64,000 nucleotides of DNA, from positions 136,462,001 through 136,526,000 of the forward strand of contig OZ024743.1 in the NCBI GenBank assembly GCA_964016885.1. The letters run 5' to 3'. Origin of the DNA: Eledone cirrhosa (lineage: Eukaryota). This document shows, piece after piece, positions 47,501 to 58,815 of this stretch. The translations under genes and the position numbers were made by a program. A model generated the notes under the pieces. That model had not been told where the DNA came from, did no database searches, and saw only the letters and a program-made list of their open reading frames with translations. How positions within the stretch are numbered: the first letter of the stretch is position 1; each line of letters begins with the position of its first letter.

Positions 47501-48602
47501 TGGTGTTTGGTGCTTGCTGCTTGCTGCTTGGTGTTTGGTGCTAGGGACTTAGTGCTTGGTGCTTGGTGTTTGGTGCTTGGTGTTTGGTGTCTGGTGCTTG
47601 GTGCGTGGGACTTGGTGTTTGGTGCTTGGTGTTTGGTGCTTGGTGTTTGGTGCTTGGTGCCTGGTGCTTGGTGTTTGGTGTTTGGTGCTTGGTGTTTGGT
47701 GCTTGGTGTTTGGTACTTGGTGTTCGGTGCTTGGTGCTTGGTGCTTGGTGCTTGGTGTTTGGTGTTTGGTGCTTGGTGCTTGGTGTTTGATGTTTGGTCC
47801 TTGGTGCTTGGTGTTTGGTGTTGTGTGCTTGGTGCTTGGTGCTTGGTGTTTGGTGCTTGGTGCTTGGTGCTTGGTGTTTGGCATTTGCTGTTTGCTGTTT
47901 GGTGTTTGGTGTTTGCTGTTTGGTGTTTGCTGTTTGGTGTTTGGTGTTTGGTGCTTGGTGCTTGGTGTTTGGTGCTTGGTGCTTGGTGCTTGGTGTTTGG
48001 TCCTTGGTGCTTGGTGCTTGGTCTTTGGTGCTTGGGTTTTGGTGTTTGGTGCTTGGTGCTTGGTGTTTGGTGCTTGGTGCTTGGTGCTTGGTGCTTGGTG
48101 TTTGGTGCTTGCTGCTTGGTGCTTGGTGTTTGGTGCTTGGTGCTTGGTGATTAGTGTTTGGTGCTTGGTGCTTCGGGTTTGGTGTTTGAGGCTTGGTGTT
48201 TGGTGCTTGGTGCTTGCTGTTTGGTGATTGGTGTTTGGTTCTTGGTGCTTGGTGTTTGGTGTTTGGTGTTTGGTGTGTGGTGCTTGGTGCTTGGTGTTTG
48301 GTGCTTGGTGCTTGGTGCTTGGTGTTTGGTGCTGCGTGCTTGGTGTTTGGTGTTTGGTGCTTGGTGCCTGGTGCCTGTTGTTTGGTGTTTGGTGCTTAGT
48401 GCTTGGTGTTTGGTGTTTGGTGCTTGGTGCTTGGTGGCTGGTGTTTGGTGCTTGGTGTTTGGAGTTTGGTGCTTGGTGCTTGGTGCCTGGTGTTTCGTGC
48501 TTGGTGCTTGGTGCTTGGTGTTTGGTGTATGGTGCTTGGTGTTTGGTGTTTGGTACTTGGTGCTTGGTGCTTGGTGCTTGGTGTTTGGTGTTTGCTGTTT
48601 GC
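41519..48602 (+). repeat. Tandem duplication, 2 x 3542 bp (506 monomers)
   Basis: Offsets 41697/45239, 41956/45498, 42470/46012, 43398/46940, 44616/48158. Junction near 45060. Few SNPs (e.g. 42399, 47883, ~48277). Confidence 0.92.
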
Positions 48603-51600
48603 TGTTTGGTGTTTGGTGTTTGCTGTTTGGTGTTTGCTGTTTGGTGTTTGGTGTTTGGTGCTTGCTGTTTGGTGCTTGGTGCTTGGTGTTTGGTGTTTGG
48701 TGCTTGGTGTTTGGTGCTTGGTGCTTGGTGCTGGGTGTTTGGTGCTTGGTGCTTGGTGTTTGGTGCTTGGTGCTTGGTGCTTGGTGTTTGGTCCTTGGTG
48801 CTTTGTGCTTGGTCTTTGGTGCTTGGGTTTTGGTGTTTGGTGCTTGGTGCTTGGTGTTTGGTGCTTGGTGCTTGGTGCTTGGTGTTTGGTGCTTGGTGCT
48901 TGGCGCTTGGTTTTTGGTGCTTGGTGCTTGGTGATTAGTGTTTGGTGATTGGTGCTTGGGGTTTGGTGTTTGGGGGCTTGGTGTTTGGTGCGTGGTGCTT
49001 GCTGTTTGGTGTTTGGTGCTGGGTGTTTGGTGCTTGGTGCTTGGTGTTTGGTGCTTGGTGCTTGGTGCTTGGTGCTTGGTGTTTGGTGCCTGGTGCTTGG
49101 TGCTTGGTGCTTGCTGTTTGGTGTTTGGTGTTTGGTTCTTGGTGCTTGGTGTTTGGTGTTTGGTGCTTGGTGCTTGGTGCTTGGTGTTTGGTGCTTGGTG
49201 CTTGGTGATTAGTGTTTGGTGATTGGTGCTTGGGGTTTGGTGTTTGGTGCTTGGTGTTTGGTGCTTGGTGCTTGCTGTTTGGTGTTTGGTGTTTGGTTCT
49301 TGGCGCTTGGTGTTTGGTGTTTGGTGCTTGGTGCTTGGTGATTGATGTTTGGTGCTTGGTGCTTGGTGCTTGGTGTTTGGTGCTGCGTGCTTGGTGTTTG
49401 GTGTTTGGTGCTTGGTGCCTGGGGCTTGTTGTTTGGTGTTTGGTGCTTGGTGCTTGGTGCTTGGTGTTAGGTGTTTGGTGCTTGGTGCTTGGTGTTTGAT
49501 GTTTGGTCCTTGGTGCTTGTTGTTTGGTGTTTGGTGCTTGGTGCTTGGTGTTTGGTGCTTGGTGCTTGGTGTTTGGTGTTTGGTGTTTGGTGTTTGGTGA
49601 TTGGTGCTTTGTGTTTGGTGCTTGGTGCTTGGTGCTTGGTTCTTGGTGTTAGGCGTTTGGTGCTTGGAGCTTGGTGTTTGATGTTTGGTCCTTGGTGCTT
49701 GGTGTTTGGTATTTGGAGCTTGGTGCTTGGTGTTTGGTGTTTGGTGCTTGCTGCTTGCTGCTTGGTGTTTGGTGCTAGGGACTTGGTGCTTGGTGCTTGG
49801 TGTTTGGTGCTTGGTGTTTGGTGTTTGGTGCTTGGTGCGTGGGACTTGGTGTTTGGTGCTTGGTGTTTGGTGCTTGGTGTTTGGTGCTTGGTGCCTGGTG
49901 CTTGGTGTTTGGTGTTTGGTGCTTGGTGTTTGGTGCTTGGTGTTTGGTACTTGGTGTTCGGTGCTTGGTGCTTGGTGCTTGGTGCTTGGTGTCTGGTGTT
50001 TGGTGCTTGGTGCTTGGTGTTTGATGTTTGGTCCTTGGTGCTTGGTGTTTGGTGTTGTGTGCTTGGTGCTTGGTGCTTGGTGTTTGGTGCTTGGTGCTTG
50101 GTGCTTGGTGTTTGGCATTTGCTGTTTGCTGTTTGGTGTTTGGTGTTTGCTGTTTGGTGTTTGCTGTTTGGTGTTTGGTGTTTGGTGCTTGGTGCTTGGT
50201 GTTTGGTGCTTGGTGCTTGGTGCTTGGTGTTTGGTCCTTGGTGCTTGGTGCTTGGTCTTTGGTGCTTGGGTTTTGGTGTTTGGTGCTTGGTGCTTGGTGT
50301 TTGGTGCTTGGTGCTTGGTGCTTGGTGCTTGGTGTTTGGTGCTTGCTGTTTGGTGCTTGGTGTTTGGTGCTTGGTGCTTCGTGATTAGTGTTTGGTGCTT
50401 GGTGCTTCGGGTTTGGTGTTTGGTGCTTGGTGTTTGGTGCTTGGTGCTTGCTGTTTGGTGATTGGTGTTTGGTTCTTGGTGCTTGGTGTTTGGTGTTTGG
50501 TGTTTGGTGCTTGGTGCTTGGTGCTTGGTGTTTGGTGCTTGGTGCTTGGTGCTTGGTGTTTGGTGGTGCGTGCTTGGTGTTTGGTGTTTGGTGCTTGGTG
50601 CCTGGTGCCTGTTGTTTGGTGTTTGGTGCTTAGTGCTTGGTGTTTGGTGTTTGGTGCTTGGTGCTTGGTGGCTGGTGTTTGGTGCTTGGTGTTTGGAGTT
50701 TGGTGCTTGGTGCTTGGTGCCTGGTGTTTCGTGCTTGGTGCTTGGTGCTTGGTGTTTGGTGTATGGTGCTTGGTGTTTGGTGTTTGGTACTTGGTGCTTG
50801 GTGCTTCTTGCTTGGTGTTAGGTGCTTGGTGTTTGATGCTGCGTGCTTGGTGTTTGGTGTTTGGTGCTTGGTGCTTGGTGTTTGGTGTTTGGAGCTTGGT
50901 GCCTGGTGCTTGTTGTTTGGTGTTTGGCGCTTGGTGCTTGGTGTTTGGTGTTTGGTGCTTGGTGCTTGGTGCTTGGTATCTGGTGTTTGGTGCTTGATGT
51001 TTGGTGTTTGGTGCTTGGTGTTTGGTGTTTGGTGCTTGGTGCTTGGTGTTTGGTGCTTGGTGTTTGGTGCTTGGTGTTTGATGCTTGGTGTTTGCTGCTT
51101 GGTGCTTGGTGCTTGGTGTTTTGTGTTTGGTGCTTGGTGCTTGGTGCCTGGTGCTTGGTGCTTGGTGCTTGTTGTTTGGTGCTTGGTGCTTGGTGATTAG
51201 TGTTTGGTGCTTGGTGCTTGCGGTTTGGTGTTTGGTGCTTGGAGTTTGGTGTTTGGTGCTTGGTGCTTGGTGTTTGGTGCTTGGTGCTTGGTGCTTGGTG
51301 TTTGGTGCTTGGTGCTTGGTGTTTGGTGCTTGGTGCATGGTGTTTGGTGTTTGGCGTTTGCTGTTTGCTGTTTGGTGTTTGGTGTTTGCTGTTTGGTGTT
51401 TGCTGTTTGGTGTTTGGTGTTTGGTGCTTGCTGTTTGGTGCTTGGTGCTTGGTGTTTGGTGTTTGGTGTTTGGTGCCTGGTGCTTGGTGTTTGGTGCTTG
51501 GTGCTTGGTGCTGGGTGTTTGGTGCTTGGTGCTTGGTGTTTGGTTGTTGGTGCTTGGTGCTTGGTGTTTGGTCCTTGGTGCTTGGTGCTTGGTCTTTGGT

Positions 51601-54600
51601 GCTTGGGTTTTGGTCTTTGGTGCTTGGTGCTTGGTGTTTGGTGCTTGGTTCTTGGTGCTTGGTGCTTGGTGTTTGGTGATTGCTGCTTGGTGCTTGGTGT
51701 TTGGTGCTTGGTGCTTGGTGATTAGTGTTTGGTGATTGGTGCTTGGGGTTTTCTGTTTGGTGCTTGGTGTTTGGTGCTTGGTGCTTGCTGTTTGGTGTTT
51801 GGTGTTTGGTTCTTGGTGCTTGGTTTTTGGTGTTTGGTGTTTGGTGCTTGGTGCTTAGTGCTTGGTGTTTGGTGCTTGGTGCTTGGTGCTTGGTGTTTGG
51901 TGCTGCGTGCTTGGTGTTTGGTGTTTGGTGCTTGGTGCCTGATGCTTGTTGTTTGGTGTTTGGTGCTTAGTGCATGGTGTTTGGTGTTTGGTGCTTGGTG
52001 CTTGGTGGCTGGTGCTTGGTGCTTGGTGTTTGGAGTTTGGTGCTTGGTGCTTGGTGCCTGGTGTTTCGTGCTTGGTGCTTGGTGCTTGGTGTTTGGTGTT
52101 TGGTGCTTGGTGTTTGGTGTTTGGAACTTGGTGCTTGGTGCTTGGTGCTTGGTGTTTGGTGCTTGGTGTTTGATGCTGCGTGCTTGGATTTTGGTGTTTG
52201 GTTCTTGTTGCTTGGTGTTTGGTGTTTGGAGCTTGGTGCCTGCTGCTTGTTGTTTGGTGTTTGGTGCTTGATGTTTGGTGTTTGTTGCTTGGTGCTTGGT
52301 GCTTGGTGTTTGGTGTTTGGTGCTTGGTGCTTGGTGTTTGGAGCTTGGTGTTTGGTGTTTGGTGCGTGGGACTTGGTGTTTGGTGCTTGGTTCTTGGTGC
52401 TTGGTGTTTGGTGTTTGGTGCTTGGTGCTTGGTGCTTGGTGCTTGGTGCTTGGTGCTTGGTGATTAGTGTTTGGTGATTGGTGCTTGGGGTTTGGTGTTT
52501 GGTGCTTGGTGTTTGGTGCTTGGTGCTTGCTGTTTGGTGTTTGGTGTTTGGTTCTTGGTGCTTGGTGTTTGGTGTTTGGTGCTTGGTGCTTGGTGATTGG
52601 TGTTTGGTGCTTGGTGCTTGGTGCTTGGTGTTTGGTGCTGCGTGCTTGGTGTTTGGTGTTTGGTGCTTGGTGCCTGGGGCTTGTTGTTTGGTGTTTGGTG
52701 CTTGGTGCTTGGTGTTTGGTGTTTGGTGCTTGCTGCTTGCTGCTTGGTGTTTGGTGCTTGGTGATTGGTGCTTGGTGTTTTATGCTTGGTGCTTGGTGTT
52801 TGGTGCTAGGGGCTTGGTGCTTGATGCTTGGTGTTTGGTGCTTGGTGCTTGCTGTTTGGTGCTTGGTGCTTGGTGCTTGGTGTTTGGTGTATGGTGTTTG
52901 GTGCTTGGTGTTTGGTGCTTGGTGCTGGGTGGTTGGTGTTTGGTGTTTGGTGCTTGGTGATTGGTGCTTATTGTTTGGTGCTTGGTGCTTGGTGCTTGGT
53001 CTTTGATGCTTGGTGTTTGGTGTTTGGTGCTTGGTGCTTGGTGCTTGGTGATTAGTGTTTGGTGCTTGGTGCTTGGTGTTTTGTGCTTGGTGTTTGGTGC
53101 TTGGTGCTTGGTGTTTGGTGTTTGGTGCTTGGTGCTTGGGGCTTGGTGTTTGGTGCTTAGTGTTTGGTGCTTGGTGTTTGGTGCTTGGCGCTTGGTGCTT
53201 GGTGTTTGGTGTATGGTGTTTGGTGCTTGGTGTTTGGTGGTTGGTGCTTGGTGCTGGGTGGTTGGTGTTTGGTGTTTGGTGCTTGGTGATTGGTGCTTAT
53301 TGTTTGGTGCTTGGTGCTTGGTGCTTGGTGCTTGGTCTTTGGTGCTTGGTGTTTGGTGTTTGGTGCTTGGTGCTTGGAGCTTGGTGATTAGTGTTTGGTG
53401 CTTGGTGCTTGGTGCCTGGTGCTTGGTGCTTGGTGCTTGTTGTTTGGTGCTTGGTGCTTGGTGATTAGTGTTTGGTGCTTGGTGCTTGGGGTTTGGTGTT
53501 TGGTGCTTGGTGTTTGGTGTTTGGTGCTTGGTGCTTGGTGTTTGGTGCTTGGTGCTTGGTGTTTGGTGCTTGGTGCTTTGTGTTTGGTGCTTGGTGTTTG
53601 GTGCTTGGTGCTTGGTGCTTGGTGCTTGGTGTTAGGTGTTTGGTGCTTGGTGTTTGATGTTAGGTTCTTGGTGCTTGGTGTTTGGTGTTTGGTGCTTGGT
53701 GCTTGGTGTTTGGTGTTTGGTGCTTGCTGCTTGGTGCTTGGTGTTTTGTGTTTGGAGTTTGGTGCTTGGTGTTTGGTGCTTGGTGCTTGGTGTTTGGTGT
53801 TTGGTGTTTGGTGTTTGGTGATTGGTGCTTTGTGTTTGGTGCTTGGTGCTTGGTGCTTGGTTCTTGGTGTTAGGTGTTTGGTGCTTGGTGCTTGGTGTTT
53901 GATGTTTGGTCCTTGGTGCTTGGTGTTTGGTATTTGGAGCTTGGTGCTTGGTGTTTGGTGTTTGGTGCTTGCTGCTTGCTGCTTGGTGTTTGGTGCTAGG
54001 GACTTAGTGCTTGGTGCTTGGTGTTTGGTGCTTGGTGTTTGGTGTCTGGTGCTTGGTGCGTGGGACTTGGTGTTTGGTGCTTGGTGTTTGGTGCTTGGTG
54101 TTTGGTGCTTGGTGCCTGGTGCTTGGTGTTTGGTGTTTGGTGCTTGGTGTTTGGTGCTTGGTGTTTGGTACTTGGTGTTCGGTGCTTGGTGCTTGGTGCT
54201 TGGTGCTTGGTGTTTGGTGTTTGGTGCTTGGTGCTTGGTGTTTGATGTTTGGTCCTTGGTGCTTGGTGTTTGGTGTTGTGTGCTTGGTGCTTGGTGCTTG
54301 GTGTTTGGTGCTTGGTGCTTGGTGCTTGGTGTTTGGCGTTTGCTGTTTGCTGTTTGGTGTTTGGTGTTTGCTGTTTGGTGTTTGCTGTTTGGTGTTTGGT
54401 GTTTGGTGCTTGGTGCTTGGTGTTTGGTGCTTGGTGCTTGGTGCTTGGTGTTTGGTCCTTGGTGCTTGGTGCTTGGTCTTTGGTGCTTGGGTTTTGGTGT
54501 TTGGTGCTTGGTGCTTGGTGTTTGGTGCTTGGTGCTTGGTGCTTGGTGCTTGGTGTTTGGTGCTTGCTGCTTGGTGCTTGGTGTTTGGTGCTTGGTGCTT

Positions 54601-57600
54601 GGTGATTAGTGTTTGGTGCTTGGTGCTTCGGGTTTGGTGTTTGAGGCTTGGTGTTTGGTGCTTGGTGCTTGCTGTTTGGTGATTGGTGTTTGGTTCTTGG
54701 TGCTTGGTGTTTGGTGTTTGGTGTTTGGTGCTTGGTGCTTGGTGCTTGGTGTTTGGTGCTTGGTGCTTGGTGCTTGGTGTTTGGTGCTGCGTGCTTGGTG
54801 TTTGGTGTTTGGTGCTTGGTGCCTGGTGCCTGTTGTTTGGTGTTTGGTGCTTAGTGCTTGGTGTTTGGTGTTTGGTGCTTGGTGCTTGGTGGCTGGTGTT
54901 TGGTGCTTGGTGTTTGGAGTTTGGTGCTTGGTGCTTGGTGCCTGGTGTTTCGTGCTTGGTGCTTGGTGCTTGGTGTTTGGTGTATGGTGCTTGGTGTTTG
55001 GTGTTTGGTACTTGGTGCTTGGTGCTTGGTGCTTGGTGTTTGGTGTTTGCTGTTTGCTGTTTGGTGTTTGGTGTTTGCTGTTTGGTGTTTGCTGTTTGGT
55101 GTTTGGTGTTTGGTGCTTGCTGTTTGGTGCTTGGTGCTTGGTGTTTGGTGTTTGGTGCTTGGTGTTTGGTGCTTGGTGCTTGGTGCTGGGTGTTTGGTGC
55201 TTGGTGCTTGGTGTTTGGTGCTTGGTGCTTGGTGCTTGGTGTTTGGTCCTTGGTGCTTGGTGCTTGGTCTTTGGTGCTTGGGTTTTGGTGTTTGGTGCTT
55301 GGTGCTTGGTGTTTGGTGCTTGGTGCTTGGTGCTTGGTGTTTGGTGCTTGCTGCTTGGCGCTTGGTTTTTGGTGCTTGGTGCTTGGTGATTAGTGTTTGG
55401 TGATTGGTGCTTGGGGTTTGGTGTTTGGGGGCTTGGTGTTTGGTGCGTGGTGCTTGCTGTTTGGTGTTTGGTGCTGGGTGTTTGGTGCTTGGTGCTTGGT
55501 GTTTGGTGCTTGGTGCTTGGTGCTTGGTGCTTGGTGTTTGGTGCCTGGTGCTTGGTGCTTGGTGCTTGCTGTTTGGTGTTTGGTGTTTGGTTCTTGGTGC
55601 TTGGTGTTTGGTGTTTGGTGCTTGGTGCTTGGTGCTTGGTGTTTGGTGCTTGGTGCTTGGTGATTAGTGTTTGGTGATTGGTGCTTGGGGTTTGGTGTTT
55701 GGTGCTTGGTGTTTGGTGCTTGGTGCTTGCTGTTTGGTGTTTGGTGTTTGGTTCTTGGTGCTTGGTGTTTGGTGTTTGGTGCTTGGTGCTTGGTGATTGG
55801 TGTTTGGTGCTTGGTGCTTGGTGCTTGGTGTTTGGTGCTGCGTGCTTGGTGTTTGGTGTTTGGTGCTTGGTGCCTGGGGCCTGTTGTTTGGTGTTTGGTG
55901 CTTGGTGCTTGGTGCTTGGTGTTAGGTGTTTGGTGCTTGGTGCTTGGTGTTTGATGTTTGGTCCTTGGTGCTTGTTGTTTGGTGTTTGGTGCTTGGTGCT
56001 TGGTGTTTGGTGCTTGGTGCTTGGTGTTTGGTGTTTGGTGTTTGGTGTTTGGTGATTGGTGCTTTGTGTTTGGTGCTTGGTGCTTGGTGCTTGGTTCTTG
56101 GTGTTAGGCGTTTGGTGCTTGGAGCTTGGTGTTTGATGTTTGGTCCTTGGTGCTTGGTGTTTGGTATTTGGAGCTTGGTGCTTGGTGTTTGGTGTTTGGT
56201 GCTTGCTGCTTGCTGCTTGGTGTTTGGTGCTAGGGACTTGGTGCTTGGTGCTTGGTGTTTGGTGCTTGGTGTTTGGTGTTTGGTGCTTGGTGCGTGGGAC
56301 TTGGTGTTTGGTGCTTGGTGTTTGGTGCTTGGTGTTTGGTGCTTGGTGCCTGGTGCTTGGTGTTTGGTGTTTGGTGCTTGGTGTTTGGTGCTTGGTGTTT
56401 GGTACTTGGTGTTCGGTGCTTGGTGCTTGGTGCTTGGTGCTTGGTGTCTGGTGTTTGGTGCTTGGTGCTTGGTGTTTGATGTTTGGTCCTTGGTGCTTGG
56501 TGTTTGGTTTTGTGTGCTTGGTGCTTGGTGCTTGGTGTTTGGTGCTTGGTGCTTGGTGCTTGGTGTTTGGCGTTTGCTGTTTGCTGTTTGGTGTTTGGTG
56601 TTTGCTGTTTGGTGTTTGCTGTTTGGTGTTTGGTGTTTGGTGCTTGGTGCTTGGTGTTTGGTGCTTGGTGCTTGGTGCTTGGTGTTTGGTCCTTGGTGCT
56701 TGGTGCTTGGTCTTTGGTGCTTGGGTTTTGGTGTTTGGTGCTTGGTGCTTGGTGTTTGGTGCTTGGTGCTTGGTGCTTGGTGCTTGGTGTTTGGTGCTTG
56801 CTGTTTGGTGCTTGGTGTTTGGTGCTTGGTGCTTCGTGATTAGTGTTTGGTGCTTGGTGCTTCGGGTTTGGTGTTTGGGGCTTGGTGTTTGGTGCTTGGT
56901 GCTTGCTGTTTGGTGATTGGTGTTTGGTTCTTGGTGCTTGGTGTTTGGTGTTTGGTGTTTGGTGCTTGGTGCTTGGTGCTTGGTGTTTGGTGCTTGGTGC
57001 TTGGTGCTTGGTGTTTGGTGGTGCGTGCTTGGTGTTTGGTGTTTGGTGCTTGGTGCCTGGTGCCTGTTGTTTGGTGTTTGGTGCTTAGTGCTTGGTGTTT
57101 GGTGTTTGGTGCTTGGTGCTTGGTGGCTGGTGTTTGGTGCTTGGTGTTTGGAGTTTGGTGCTTGGTGCTTGGTGCCTGGTGTTTCGTGCTTGGTGCTTGG
57201 TGCTTGGTGTTTGGTGTATGGTGCTTGGTGTTTGGTGTTTGGTACTTGGTGATTGGTGCTTCTTGCTTGGTGTTACGTGCTTGGTGTTTGATGCTGCGTG
57301 CTTGGTGTTTGGTGTTTGGTGCTTGGTGCTTGGTGTTTGGTGTTTGGAGCTTGGTGCCTGGTGCTTGTTGTTTGGTGTTTGGCGCTTGGTGCTTGGTGTT
57401 TGGTGTTTGGTGCTTGGTGCTTGGTGCTTGGTATCTGGTGTTTGGTGCTTGATGTTTGGTGTTTGGTGCTTGGTGTTTGGTGTTTGGTGCTTGGTGCTTG
57501 GTGTTTGGTGCTTGGTGTTTGGTGCTTGGTGTTTGATGCTTGGTGTTTGCTGCTTGGTGCTTGGTGCTTGGTGTTTTGTGTTTGGTGCTTGGTGCTTGGT

Positions 57601-58815
57601 GCCTGGTGCTTGGTGCTTGGTGCTTGTTGTTTGGTGCTTGGTGCTTGGTGATTAGTGTTTGGTGCTTGGTGCTTGCGGTTTGGTGTTTGGTGCTTGGAGT
57701 TTGGTGTTTGGTGCTTGGTGCTTGGTGTTTGGTGCTTGGTGCTTGGTGCTTGGTGTTTGGTGCTTGGTGCTTGGTGTTTGGTGCTTGGTGCTTGGTGTTT
57801 GGTGTTTGGCGTTTGCTGTTTGCTGTTTGGTGTTTGGTGTTTGCTGTTTGGTGTTTGCTGTTTGGTGTTTGGTGTTTGGTGCTTGCTGTTTGGTGCTTGG
57901 TGCTTGGTGTTTGGTGTTTGGTGTTTGGTGCTTGGTGCTTGGTGTTTGGTGCTTGGTGCTTGGTGCTGGGTGTTTGGTGCTTGGTGCTTGGTGTTTGGTT
58001 GTTGGTGCTTGGTGCTTGGTGTTTGGTCCTTGGTGCTTGGTGCTTGGTCTTTGGTGCTTGGGTTTTGGTGTTTGGTGCTTGGTGCTTGGTGTTTGGTGCT
58101 TGGTTCTTGGTGCTTGGTGCTTGGTGTTTGGTGATTGCTGCTTGGTGCTTGGTGTTTGGTGCTTGGTGCTTGGTGATTAGTGTTTGGTGATTGGTGCTTG
58201 GGGTTTTCTGTTTGGTGCTTGGTGTTTGGTGCTTGGTGCTTGCTGTTTGGTGTTTGGTGTTTGGTTCTTGGTGCTTGGTTTTTGGTGTTTGGTGTTTGGT
58301 GCTTGGTGCTTAGTGCTTGGTGTTTGGTGCTTGGTGCTTGGTGCTTGGTGTTTGGTGCTGCGTGCTTGGTGTTTGGTGTTTGGTGCTTGGTGCCTGGTGC
58401 TTGTTGTTTGGTGTTTGGTGCTTAGTGCATGGTGTTTGGTGTTTGGTGCTTGGTGCTTGGTGGCTGGTGCTTGGTGCTTGGTGTTTGGAGTTTGGTGCTT
58501 GGTGCTTGGTGCCTGGTGTTTCGTGCTTGGTGCTTGGTGCTTGGTGTTTGGTGTTTGGTGCTTGGTGTTTGGTGTTTGGAACTTGGTGCTTGGTGCTTGG
58601 TGCTTGGTGTTTGGTGCTTGGTGTTTGATGCTGCGTGCTTGGTGTTTGGTGTTTGGTTCTTGGTGCTTGGTGTTTGGTGTTTGGAGCTTGGTGCCTGCTG
58701 CTTGTTGTTTGGTGTTTGGTGCTTGATGTTTGGTGTTTGTTGCTTGGTGCTTGGTGCTTGGTGTTTGGTGTTTGGTGCTTGGTGCTTGGTGTTTGGAGCT
58801 TGGTGTTTGGTGTTT
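45906..58815 (+). repeat. Tandem duplication, 2 x 6455 bp (922 monomers plus 1 bp), overlapping the 3542-bp duplication
   Basis: Offsets 46012/52467, 46940/53395, 48938/55393, 49471/55926, 50392/56847, 51725/58180. Junction near 52360. Each copy contains the 8-bp monomer TTGGGGGC. More than a dozen SNPs are visible between the copies. Confidence 0.92.
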
